Source: Candidatus Thalassarchaeaceae archaeon
GTDB lineage: Archaea > Thermoplasmatota > Poseidoniia > Poseidoniales > Thalassarchaeaceae
Length of the DNA stretch: 64,000 nt
Direction: 5' to 3'
Assembly: GCA_023700245.1 (NCBI GenBank)
Contig: JAJPRE010000004.1
Span: 24,068-88,067, forward strand
In this document: one piece after another, positions 50,023 through 58,192 of the stretch
Layout of the letters: every line of letters starts with the position of its first letter
Position numbering within the stretch: the first letter of the stretch is position 1
Notes under the pieces: generated by a model
Seen by the model: the letters and a program-made list of their open reading frames with translations, nothing else
What the model was told of the DNA's origin: nothing
Database searches by the model: none
Translations under genes and position numbers: made by a program

Positions 50023-50241
50023 ATGAAGATAGCGCGGCATACACTTGAGGCAGAAAACTTATCAGATCTTTTTGTACTGATTGATGCAGTTGTAAATAAG
50101 ACCAAATTAGAATTCCCCAAACTCCAAGTCATATTTGATGATCATATAACTAGTGTTTACAAGGGCTTTAATCCTAAATATACTCATGATGAGGGATGGA
50201 TTACTTCTATTATTCTAACTCAAATAACAGAATCTAGATGA
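50023..50241 (+). CDS. Hypothetical protein
   Basis: 72-aa ORF co-directional with and tightly spaced to its neighbours. Confidence 0.5.
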   Translation: MKIARHTLEAENLSDLFVLIDAVVNKTKLEFPKLQVIFDDHITSVYKGFNPKYTHDEGWITSIILTQITESR

Positions 50242-50250
50242 TGATTAAAT

Positions 50251-50661
50251 ATGTTTTTATTAGAAAAATCTATTCTTTCTCCTAAAGATTACATGTCCCT
50301 AAGGGCCTCAGCAGGCATGGCTAAAAGATCACTGAAAGGTGCGCAAAAAGGCCTAGGTAATGAAATCTATTCAGTAGTAATTAAGATTAAAAAAACCAAT
50401 GAAATAATTGGCATGGGAAGAATTATTGGAGATGAAGGTACTGTTTTCCAAATATGTGATATGGCTGTAAAAAGTGAATGGCAGAACAAAGGTGCTGGTA
50501 CAATGATTATGGACGATATGATGAAGTACATTGAAGAAAATGCTGAAGAAAATGCTTATATTAATCTATTAGCAGACGTCAATGGATTTTATGAAAAGTG
50601 GGGATTTGAGTTAACTGCTCCAAATTCAGTTGGTATGTTTTATAAAAAAACAAATGATTGA
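50251..50661 (+). CDS. GNAT-family N-acetyltransferase
   Basis: IIGMGRIIGD...DMAVKSEWQNKGAG and GFYEKWGF. Confidence 0.92.
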   Translation: MFLLEKSILSPKDYMSLRASAGMAKRSLKGAQKGLGNEIYSVVIKIKKTNEIIGMGRIIGDEGTVFQICDMAVKSEWQNKGAGTMIMDDMMKYIEENAEENAYINLLADVNGFYEKWGFELTAPNSVGMFYKKTND

Positions 50662-50686
50662 AAAATAACTATGCCAACCTCTTCAT

Positions 50687-51121
50687 ATGTTAAATGCAAA
50701 CGATGATGATAATTGTGTTGTCTGCGGCTGTGAAATGATAGAGTCAGAAGTCATGAATCAAGCCTGTTCAAGTTGTGGATGCGAAGATTGTGGAAAAGCC
50801 CTACTAACTGATGAAGAAATAAGTGAACAACTTTGCAAATCTTGTGATATCAATTCATTGATAAAAATCCAAAATGAAGAAAAAGAAGCAAATAGAAAGG
50901 GCCTTTGCCAGCAATGTTATCCTTACAAAGATACCAAAGCTTCACGCGAAATACTAGTAATTGATGGTATGAAATCCGTTTGTCAAGATTGTTATAATAG
51001 TCACATAGAAACTAATGCAATGCAAAATGAGCTTGTCATAGAAAATGAATTTGAATTAAATATTAATGAAATTTTAGAATCCGCAGGAATAAAGAATGAA
51101 TTTATGGAAGATGAATATTGA
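50687..51121 (+). CDS. Cys-rich putative multi-zinc-binding protein
   Basis: Six CxxC pairs (CVVC, CSSC, CEDC, CKSC, CQQC, CQDC); acidic tail. Confidence 0.65.
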   Translation: MLNANDDDNCVVCGCEMIESEVMNQACSSCGCEDCGKALLTDEEISEQLCKSCDINSLIKIQNEEKEANRKGLCQQCYPYKDTKASREILVIDGMKSVCQDCYNSHIETNAMQNELVIENEFELNINEILESAGIKNEFMEDEY

Positions 51122-51246
51122 TAAAATATGTCCATTATTACCTATTCAATGAAAATTCAAACAATATGAATAAATTTTGAACATAAATATCCATTTTCAG
51201 ATAATTTAGCCGATTTAGTTAAAACATAATCTACTCACGGCTAATC

Positions 51247-53001
51247 ATGACTTTAGCACCAATTGATTATGATTACGGGATAGATGCAAACTATTTTTTT
51301 GCTACGACGATAACTTGCGATAATGAAGAAGCACGTAAAATGTATGTCCGTGCTTTTGGACACATGTTGAATTATAATCACGAAGAAGCAATTGCATGCT
51401 TTTCAGAATGTGCAGAGTTAGATCCTAATTGCGCTATGGCATGGTGGGGAATTGCATATTGTGTCTCTTCAAATTATAACTGGGCTCCCGGCCTTGGTTC
51501 CGGCCACGATTCTATCCAAAAAGCAATTACTCTCAAAGATGGATGCTCAGAACTAGAAAAAGACCTCATTGATGCACTAGCAGAGCGTCATTCTGCAGAA
51601 GCACGTGACGCAGCAGATCCGGCCGTCCTTAATATGGGAAATAGCCCCGAATTAAATGTTGCATTTGCCCATGCTATGGCACCTCTTTACGTGAAATATA
51701 GCGGAAACTTGGATGTTACTGCAATTTATGTAGAAGCACTCATGAATCTAAAAGCATGGCAATTATGGGATAAGAATACAACAACTGGAGAAATTACTCC
51801 TGCAGATGATAATACTCTACTTTTGGTTAAAATTCTAGAAGATGCTTTTGAAGGTAGTGAAGAAGCAAAGAGCCATGTAGCACTTTGTCATTTGTATTGT
51901 CACGCTTTGGAACTTTCACCATTCCCAGAGAGGGCCTTACCTCAGGCTGATGTACTTCGTACTCTAATGCCAGGATTAGGTCATTTAGTTCACATGCCAT
52001 CACATATCGATGCGTGGGTAGGGCAGTGGAAAGAAGCTATGGATTGCAATATTGCAGCTGTGGATGCAGATGATCGTTATGTTGAAATTACTGGTAATGA
52101 GTCTCAATTTTATAAATTTTACAGAATGCACAATCATCATTTCGTGGTCTGGTGTGCTATGTTCGAAGGACAATACGAAACTGCACTAAAGTATGCACGT
52201 AAAGCGGTCAGCACTCTTCCAGCAGGAGATGCTGAATCTGGTGTACAATTCATGTTAGCAGGAATAATCCCAATGGGGGCAATTTTCCTTGAATCATATG
52301 TTACAATGCCTTGGCATGTTATGATTAGATTCGGTAAGTGGGATGAAATTCTAAATGAACCACTTCATACAGATGTAGCTGTTTTCCCTGCTGCAATTGC
52401 AACACAACATTATGCTAGAGGAGTTGCTTATGCTTCAAAGGGCATGGTGCCAGAAGCAGAAGCAGAACAGGTTTTATTCAAAGAAGCAATAAAAAATCCT
52501 GCTCTTGCAGGACGAGTACTTCACAACAATTTGATGTATCAAGATCCAAGTGATGGACCTTGTATTCTTTTGGTAAATGATGCTATACTTGACGGTGAAA
52601 TAGAATACCGCAGACAATTCCTAGCAAAGGAAAACGGAAATTCTTCTGACTTCACTGTAGCATTTGATCATCTACGCCGTGGAGTAGATCTTTCACTTAA
52701 TCTTGCATATAACGAACCTTGGGGGCAAATGCAACCAGTACGTCATATTCTCGGTGCACTTCTTCACGAACAAGGAGAAATCGAAGAGGCGGAAGCAGTT
52801 TACCGTGCTGACATCGAACTATGGAAGGACAATATGTGGGGATTACTAGGCCTCAAACTTTGTCTAGAAGATCGTGGCGATGCACCTGAAGAACTCGCTG
52901 AAGTGACTGCTTTGTTCAATGAACGCAGTTCCCGTGCTGATATTAAACCCGCAAAAACTTGCTTCTGTGCTCAAGATAGCATAGATGAAAGTTGCTGCTA
53001 A
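51247..53001 (+). CDS. Tetratricopeptide-repeat protein
   Basis: YNHEEAIACF...ELDPNCAMAWWGIAY, HLYCHALE, HMPSHI and YNEPW...P.RH.LGA motifs; ends CFC...CC. Confidence 0.85.
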   Translation: MTLAPIDYDYGIDANYFFATTITCDNEEARKMYVRAFGHMLNYNHEEAIACFSECAELDPNCAMAWWGIAYCVSSNYNWAPGLGSGHDSIQKAITLKDGCSELEKDLIDALAERHSAEARDAADPAVLNMGNSPELNVAFAHAMAPLYVKYSGNLDVTAIYVEALMNLKAWQLWDKNTTTGEITPADDNTLLLVKILEDAFEGSEEAKSHVALCHLYCHALELSPFPERALPQADVLRTLMPGLGHLVHMPSHIDAWVGQWKEAMDCNIAAVDADDRYVEITGNESQFYKFYRMHNHHFVVWCAMFEGQYETALKYARKAVSTLPAGDAESGVQFMLAGIIPMGAIFLESYVTMPWHVMIRFGKWDEILNEPLHTDVAVFPAAIATQHYARGVAYASKGMVPEAEAEQVLFKEAIKNPALAGRVLHNNLMYQDPSDGPCILLVNDAILDGEIEYRRQFLAKENGNSSDFTVAFDHLRRGVDLSLNLAYNEPWGQMQPVRHILGALLHEQGEIEEAEAVYRADIELWKDNMWGLLGLKLCLEDRGDAPEELAEVTALFNERSSRADIKPAKTCFCAQDSIDESCC

Positions 53002-53027
53002 TAGTGTAGTTTGAATATTTAGTCGAC

Positions 53028-53074
53028 TGTAGACCGCATATTTCCCCAGTTTATCGGGAAAATATGCGATCACA
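53028..53074 (+). other. Strong intergenic hairpin
   Basis: CGCATATTTCCCC (53035-53047) pairs with GGGAAAATATGCG (53056-53068), one mismatch and an 8-nt loop; it extends through TGT/ACA. Confidence 0.6.
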
Positions 53075-53155
53075 GATAGCGTTCGTAAACTATTATCAAT
53101 GGAATAAATTCCAAGATGCGTTTAGCCAATCAAGACTCAATAATATGACAACTAG

Positions 53156-53162
53156 TTTTTTT
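53156..53162 (+). terminator. Poly-U terminator
   Basis: T7 run between convergent genes. Confidence 0.4.
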
Positions 53163-53192
53163 GAAAATTAAAATATAGTGTATTAGTTGATT

Positions 53193-53549
53193 TTATTCAC
53201 TACCAACGAGTTTGTAATCATCAGAAAGTGGAGTTGCACCAGTTTCCATAGAGATGATTTTACCATCTTTGAATCGAATGAAAGACATTACTGCTTCAGA
53301 AGTAGATCCATTTGCAAAATGCACTACGGAGTGAGCCATTCCAACCTCGTCATTTTCGAACAGAACTCTATTGTTTTCAGAGCGAACAGAATCATTACCA
53401 GCAAATCCAATCATATCGGATTTACTCATTGTTGCCCCGCCTATATGCGGATTAAAAACAAATTCATCATGAATTACTTCATCAAGTGCTTCTAAATTTC
53501 CATTTTCCCAGGCTTCATTGTATTCTGCTATGATAGACATACTGCTCAC
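53193..53549 (-). CDS. NTF2/SnoaL-like protein
   Basis: YNEAWENGNLEALDEVIHDEFVF...RVLFENDEV...RFKDGKII. Confidence 0.8.
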   Translation of the reverse strand: MSSMSIIAEYNEAWENGNLEALDEVIHDEFVFNPHIGGATMSKSDMIGFAGNDSVRSENNRVLFENDEVGMAHSVVHFANGSTSEAVMSFIRFKDGKIISMETGATPLSDDYKLVGSE

Positions 53550-53689
53550 TCTCTATCGACGTTTAAAAATATCATGGTTGCAACTTCTAATACACTTCAC
53601 TCAATATATTGCCAATACTCATCAAGAATGGAACTAATACTAGATTCAGAAAAAATAAATAAATGATATGACTATAGGATTTGATATAT

Positions 53690-53704
53690 GTGTAAACTCT
53701 ACCC
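53690..53704. promoter_or_regulatory. GTGT-N7-ACCC motif upstream of the wHTH gene
   Basis: GTGTAAACTCTACCC, 50 nt before the ATG at 53754. Confidence 0.4.
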
Positions 53705-53753
53705 TCTAAAATAGAATTGTTTTTGTACTAATCATCATCCTTGTTAGATTATT

Positions 53754-54104
53754 ATGAAGAAGCAACGAGACTTTCCAATTACTCTTTATAGGATTCTATT
53801 GTATTTATCTAGGATGCGGACAAATTCTGCAACTGCAAAACAATTAGTAAGGATTGAAAGAGCAACTGGAATAGATAGAAAAGAATTAAGAAATTTGTTA
53901 ATTAAGTTAGAAAAAATGGAATTAATAGATAAATTTGATTCTGGTAACATTGGTCGTGGAGGGCATGCAATAGTTCACTGGGAAGTTACTGAGAATGGAC
54001 GAATGTGGCGATCAGATATTGGAAGATTCATTCAATTAGGCCAAAGAATGGAGATATATCCTAGTGAATTCTTCTACCTTCCCTCGGATGATATGAAAAT
54101 ATAA
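53754..54104 (+). CDS. Winged-helix (PadR/MarR/HxlR superfamily-like) DNA-binding protein
   Basis: IERATGIDRKELRNLLIKLEKMELID...WEVTENG (HTH plus wing). Confidence 0.75.
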   Translation: MKKQRDFPITLYRILLYLSRMRTNSATAKQLVRIERATGIDRKELRNLLIKLEKMELIDKFDSGNIGRGGHAIVHWEVTENGRMWRSDIGRFIQLGQRMEIYPSEFFYLPSDDMKI

Positions 54105-54117
54105 ATAATTAACATAG

Positions 54118-54132
54118 GTGTATATTTAACCC
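54118..54132. promoter_or_regulatory. GTGT-N7-ACCC motif overlapping the TATA-like box of the small-gene operon
   Basis: GTGTATATTTAACCC, 26 nt before the ATG at 54158. Confidence 0.45.
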
Positions 54133-54157
54133 CCTATAATGTATCTCCGAATATTAT

Positions 54158-54460
54158 ATGCAAACCCACTGTGCGGTAACTATGTCTGGACCGAAACCTG
54201 TAGATAAAGTCACAAAAGGACTTAATGCATTAGTTGATGAATTTTCTTCAGCAGTAAAAGAATTAGTCAACGCAGGGGAAGAAACAGTAGTCCATCTGGC
54301 TGTTGGCGGTGGACGGGCAATAAGTGCGATAATAGATGCTACAGGCGAAGTTACCAAAGTAACTGTAGAAACCGCTAGTAATGTTGTGGGAACAATAGGC
54401 GATAGCGCATCTCGTATTGTAAAAGGAAGTAAGAAAGACAAGCAAGAAGAGGAGAATTAG
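54158..54460 (+). CDS. 11-mer-repeat amphipathic helical protein (start could be 54182)
   Basis: Seven contiguous 11-residue units from residue 15 to 91, mostly hydrophobic at positions 1, 4, 7/8 and 11. Confidence 0.75.
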   Translation: MQTHCAVTMSGPKPVDKVTKGLNALVDEFSSAVKELVNAGEETVVHLAVGGGRAISAIIDATGEVTKVTVETASNVVGTIGDSASRIVKGSKKDKQEEEN

Positions 54461-54462
54461 GT

Positions 54463-54642
54463 ATGATATGGAAAATATATGGATTAGTAATGACCTGCGT
54501 TTTAATTGGAGGAACTACGGCAATAGTAGGAGCATCAGTAAGTAGCTTTAGGCACTATGCAGGATGGAAAGAGAATCTAAATGAGGATTTAACAGAAATA
54601 AAAGAAATTAATAAATCAAAAGTAAAAGGAGGAAAAAAATAA
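54463..54642 (+). CDS. 59-aa membrane peptide (below the ORF-track cut-off)
   Basis: MIWKIYGLVMTCVLIGGTTAIVGASVSSFRHYAGWKENLNEDLTEIKEINKSKVKGGKK; upstream GGAGG SD-like; stop overlaps the next ATG (TAATG). Confidence 0.7.
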   Translation: MIWKIYGLVMTCVLIGGTTAIVGASVSSFRHYAGWKENLNEDLTEIKEINKSKVKGGKK

Positions 54643-54827
54643 TGATTAGAGAATTAACAATTATTGGAGCTATTGGTCTTGCAGTAACGGCATCAAATTA
54701 TATGGCATATGCAGGTTCTGCAGGAGCAGGATATAAATTTGGAAGAGAATGGGGAACTAAAATATGTAATTTTAATGATGGCTTTTTAGATACTGTTTAT
54801 ACAAAATTAAAACAAACAGAAAATTAA
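54642..54827 (+). CDS. 61-aa Gly/Ala-rich membrane peptide
   Basis: GGAGG SD; hydrophobic GAIGLAVTAS...AYAGSAGAG followed by an amphipathic tail. Confidence 0.7.
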   Translation: MIRELTIIGAIGLAVTASNYMAYAGSAGAGYKFGREWGTKICNFNDGFLDTVYTKLKQTEN

Positions 54828-54875
54828 AACTTATTATCCCTATTACTACCAGCACAGTTTAATCTTTAATTTGAT

Positions 54876-55700
54876 GTGGTTGCTATGATAATTGATTTAT
54901 TACCATCTTTTCCCCCACAAACTCTGAAAGATTGGACATTTATTGTATTATTCGTGTCTCTCTTATTAAGAATTATATTGGTATTAAGGCCAATTAAAGA
55001 AATTTCAAATTTTTTCGATGGAAAGCCAACTGTTGGATTAAAATTAATTCGGGAATTAGAAATTAAGGGACTAAATCAATTTGTAATTACTGAAATTGCA
55101 TTAGCTATATTTCCAGCATTACTAGGTGTTCCAATAATGTATTATTTTCGTGTTGATGAAGTTCTAATTGTGGAAATGAATGCAGTATTACTTGGTATTT
55201 TTATTATCGGAATGATATCATGGTTATATTTTGATTTCAAAAACTCAAGTGCTACAAATAAAAAATTATTATTTGCAATAAATGAATTAAATTCCATAGC
55301 AGATTCACTAGATACCTTGAAGAGAATGTCAGGATTAGATAAATTGAACATTCTGGTACAGGCAAGAAAGGGACTTATAAAATTGAAAAATATGACTACT
55401 TCCAAATTACCTGACAAAATTCAAGAAGCAGGTGCTACTTCTTCTAGCTACATATCTTCATTTTTTTCCCCAGCTACTTCCTTATTAAGCAATCTTGGGA
55501 ATGCAATCATTGATACAATGAGTGAAAAAATTACCGAAGTTGCAACCTTTGGATTATCCGAACTTGATGAATTGTTGGAAGATCAATTTAAAAATTATAC
55601 CAAGCGAACCCATATTCAAATATTTACTACCCTGATTCGTACTATTGCACCATCAGTTTTCGTTACAATGATAGCAATTTCCTATCTTAATTACTACTGA
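54876..55700 (+). CDS. Membrane protein with three N-terminal TMs, a long helical soluble region and a C-terminal TM
   Basis: Hydrophobic-segment pattern; no recognised family. Confidence 0.7.
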   Translation: MVAMIIDLLPSFPPQTLKDWTFIVLFVSLLLRIILVLRPIKEISNFFDGKPTVGLKLIRELEIKGLNQFVITEIALAIFPALLGVPIMYYFRVDEVLIVEMNAVLLGIFIIGMISWLYFDFKNSSATNKKLLFAINELNSIADSLDTLKRMSGLDKLNILVQARKGLIKLKNMTTSKLPDKIQEAGATSSSYISSFFSPATSLLSNLGNAIIDTMSEKITEVATFGLSELDELLEDQFKNYTKRTHIQIFTTLIRTIAPSVFVTMIAISYLNYY

Positions 55701-56941
55701 TTGAAAAGTTTCTTTTCACTAGGAGATGCAAATATTACCCATAATAGCCCTATGGCAATCTGTATTGCTCCAGTGATTGCAATCACTTCTCTTAATTCTA
55801 GAAGTTCATTTTCTAGTATTAAGGCAGCAGCAAGTGCTGAAGATCCCATTGTGAATGTAATTACCAAATAGTCAGTGCCCGCAACTCTGCCTCTCCATTC
55901 ATCATCTGAACGAGTTTGCAACATAGTTGTTGAATAGACCCAATTAACTCCCGAACTAGCATGTGCGCAGAATACTAGTAATAGTAACATATTATTCCAT
56001 TCAATTTGTGAAACAACAAGATAAAATATTCCTGAAATTCCTACTGATACTCCTAAAAGATAGGGCAAGATAACTGTCTGCTTCATCAAAGGTTTAGCAA
56101 TAATGGGGCCAAAACCAGAACCAAAGCCTCTGACCATAAAGAGCAAACCAATTCCTGCTGCCAATTCTCCAAAACCGGTCTCCATTCCTATCAATATCAA
56201 TAAGAAAACTTGTGCACCTCCTCCAGAGGCCCACATTCCTTTAGCAAACACTACTCTTCTTACAGATGGTCTGTTTTGAATATATTTCCAACCGGAAACA
56301 ATTTCGACTATTGCCGATTTAGGAGTTAACCTAGTTTGTATAGGATTATCTGGTCCACCTGATGGTAATCTAGAAATTAATAATATTGAGAATATGAAAG
56401 TCAGACAATCAATCCACAAAGCAGTAGTTACTCCAAATTCTGAAATTGTAAAACCACCTACTCCTGCTCCTATCCCCAATGCAGCAGACCATCCTCCAGA
56501 TCCTAATGCATTAGCAGTAATTAACTCATCATTAGTACATATTTTTGGTAAATATGAAAATTCTGCAGGATCAAATAAAGATTTTGCTAGAACCATGACA
56601 AAGGCAAGTAAATAGTATGAAAATAAATTATTTAATAAGTCTAATGAAACAACTGTAACTAGTGCAAATAAGGATATAAAATTAGACAACATCATCAAAC
56701 CTTTTCTAGAATATCTATCAGCGAACATCCCTGAGAAAGGATCACACAATGCCATTCCAAAACTTCTAGTTACCAATACTCCTCCAATTGCAAGTGGAGA
56801 ATTATCAGTAGCTTCTCCTGCTAGTATGAATAATGCAATTACAGTAAACCAATCTCCAATATATGAAATCATATCTGCTACAAACAGTCTGCGAAAGGGC
56901 TTATTGCCTTTCAAAAGTTGAAAGTACCCTACATCCGACAC
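55694..56941 (-). CDS. MFS transporter
   Basis: About 12 TMs; GMFADRYSRK motif A. Confidence 0.92.
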   Translation of the reverse strand: MSDVGYFQLLKGNKPFRRLFVADMISYIGDWFTVIALFILAGEATDNSPLAIGGVLVTRSFGMALCDPFSGMFADRYSRKGLMMLSNFISLFALVTVVSLDLLNNLFSYYLLAFVMVLAKSLFDPAEFSYLPKICTNDELITANALGSGGWSAALGIGAGVGGFTISEFGVTTALWIDCLTFIFSILLISRLPSGGPDNPIQTRLTPKSAIVEIVSGWKYIQNRPSVRRVVFAKGMWASGGGAQVFLLILIGMETGFGELAAGIGLLFMVRGFGSGFGPIIAKPLMKQTVILPYLLGVSVGISGIFYLVVSQIEWNNMLLLLVFCAHASSGVNWVYSTTMLQTRSDDEWRGRVAGTDYLVITFTMGSSALAAALILENELLELREVIAITGAIQIAIGLLWVIFASPSEKKLFNQ

Positions 56942-57019
56942 GGCTTTGCGCCACTACTAATGCATATCATCCCTGCTATGACAAGAATACCTAAGAAGTC
57001 AAGCCGTAGGGGGAGAAAT

Positions 57020-57556
57020 ATGTTCGAACAGCGTTTGGTATGGCTAGATTTGGAAATGACGGGTTTAGATCCTCATGAAAATACTATCATAGAAATTGCA
57101 ACAATTGTAACAGAAGGTAATCTTGACATTGTTGATGAAGGGCCTAGTCTTGCAGTATCTCAACCTGAAGAAGAACTTGATAAGATGGATGAATGGAATC
57201 AAACTCATCATACTGAAAATGGTTTAATTAATAGAGTAAGAAATAATGGAGTTTCTATGAAAGAAGCAGAAGAACAAACTCTAGAATTCCTAAGGACTCA
57301 TTGTCTAGATGGAGTACCTCCTCTATGTGGTAATACAATAGGTCAAGATCGTCGATTCTTGAGAAAATATATGCCCGAATTACATGATTTCTTCCATTAC
57401 AGAAGTGTAGACGTAACTTCAATCAAAGAAGTAGTTACAAGATGGTATCCTAATTCTCCAAGATTCAGTAAGCGATCAGGGCATAGGGCAATGGACGATG
57501 TTCGAGGTAGTATTGAGGAATTAGCTCATTACCGAAAACATGTTTTTGATGCTTGA
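57020..57556 (+). CDS. orn: Oligoribonuclease (start at ATG 57020)
   Basis: LVWLDLEMTGL, LCGNTIGQDRRFL, HYRSVDVTSIKE and HRAMDD (DEDDh). Confidence 0.95.
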   Translation: MFEQRLVWLDLEMTGLDPHENTIIEIATIVTEGNLDIVDEGPSLAVSQPEEELDKMDEWNQTHHTENGLINRVRNNGVSMKEAEEQTLEFLRTHCLDGVPPLCGNTIGQDRRFLRKYMPELHDFFHYRSVDVTSIKEVVTRWYPNSPRFSKRSGHRAMDDVRGSIEELAHYRKHVFDA

Positions 57557-57721
57557 ATTTTAATAATTTTAATTAGTATTTGATAAATCCTCTTGAAATT
57601 CTGAGAAGACCAATTGCTAATTCATGGGCCGATACAGACACTAATCGGCATGTAATATCTTGAGGATGAATTATAACAACAATTACTTTAAAAAAAACAA
57701 ATACTGACAAGTGATACCATT

Positions 57722-58102
57722 ATGTCTTTTGACTCTGATTATGAGCCGTGGTTTCAACCACCCGGATGGGTTGTCGGTCCTATTTGGTTAGTACTTTACT
57801 CGATGATTGCAATCAGTTTCATGATGATGTTATCTAAAAAAGAAGAAATTTCCAATAACAATATAATAATCACCCTATTTTTAATCCAACTATTGGTGAA
57901 TATAATGTGGCCGAATGTGTTTAACTCAGCAGAATATCTTACATCTTTCCTGATGATAGTAATCATGGTGGTTTTTACGTTGATATATGCCTATGCGACT
58001 TACGGGCCAGCCAAAGAAGCATCAATCTTAGTTTGGCCCTATATTCTATGGGTAAGTTTTGCTGGAATGATTAATTTTGCTTATTATCTAAATGCAAGAT
58101 GA
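57722..58102 (+). CDS. tspO: TspO/MBR-family protein
   Basis: PWFQPPGWVVGPIWLVLY...QLLVNIMW...PYILWVSFA..N. Confidence 0.9.
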   Translation: MSFDSDYEPWFQPPGWVVGPIWLVLYSMIAISFMMMLSKKEEISNNNIIITLFLIQLLVNIMWPNVFNSAEYLTSFLMIVIMVVFTLIYAYATYGPAKEASILVWPYILWVSFAGMINFAYYLNAR

Positions 58103-58192
58103 GCCATTACTGGCCCTTGCTGAACCTCCGAATAAAAGTGTCTTTCTCAATGTGTTCATATGCCCTTCCATTTCACGTAGGGCTTGAGATAA

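Noticed and set aside
57580-57700. GCCGAT/ATCGGC hairpin and a short startless minus-strand frame between orn and tspO
   Set aside because: Short stem, no start codon and no recognisable homology; at most a decayed fragment.
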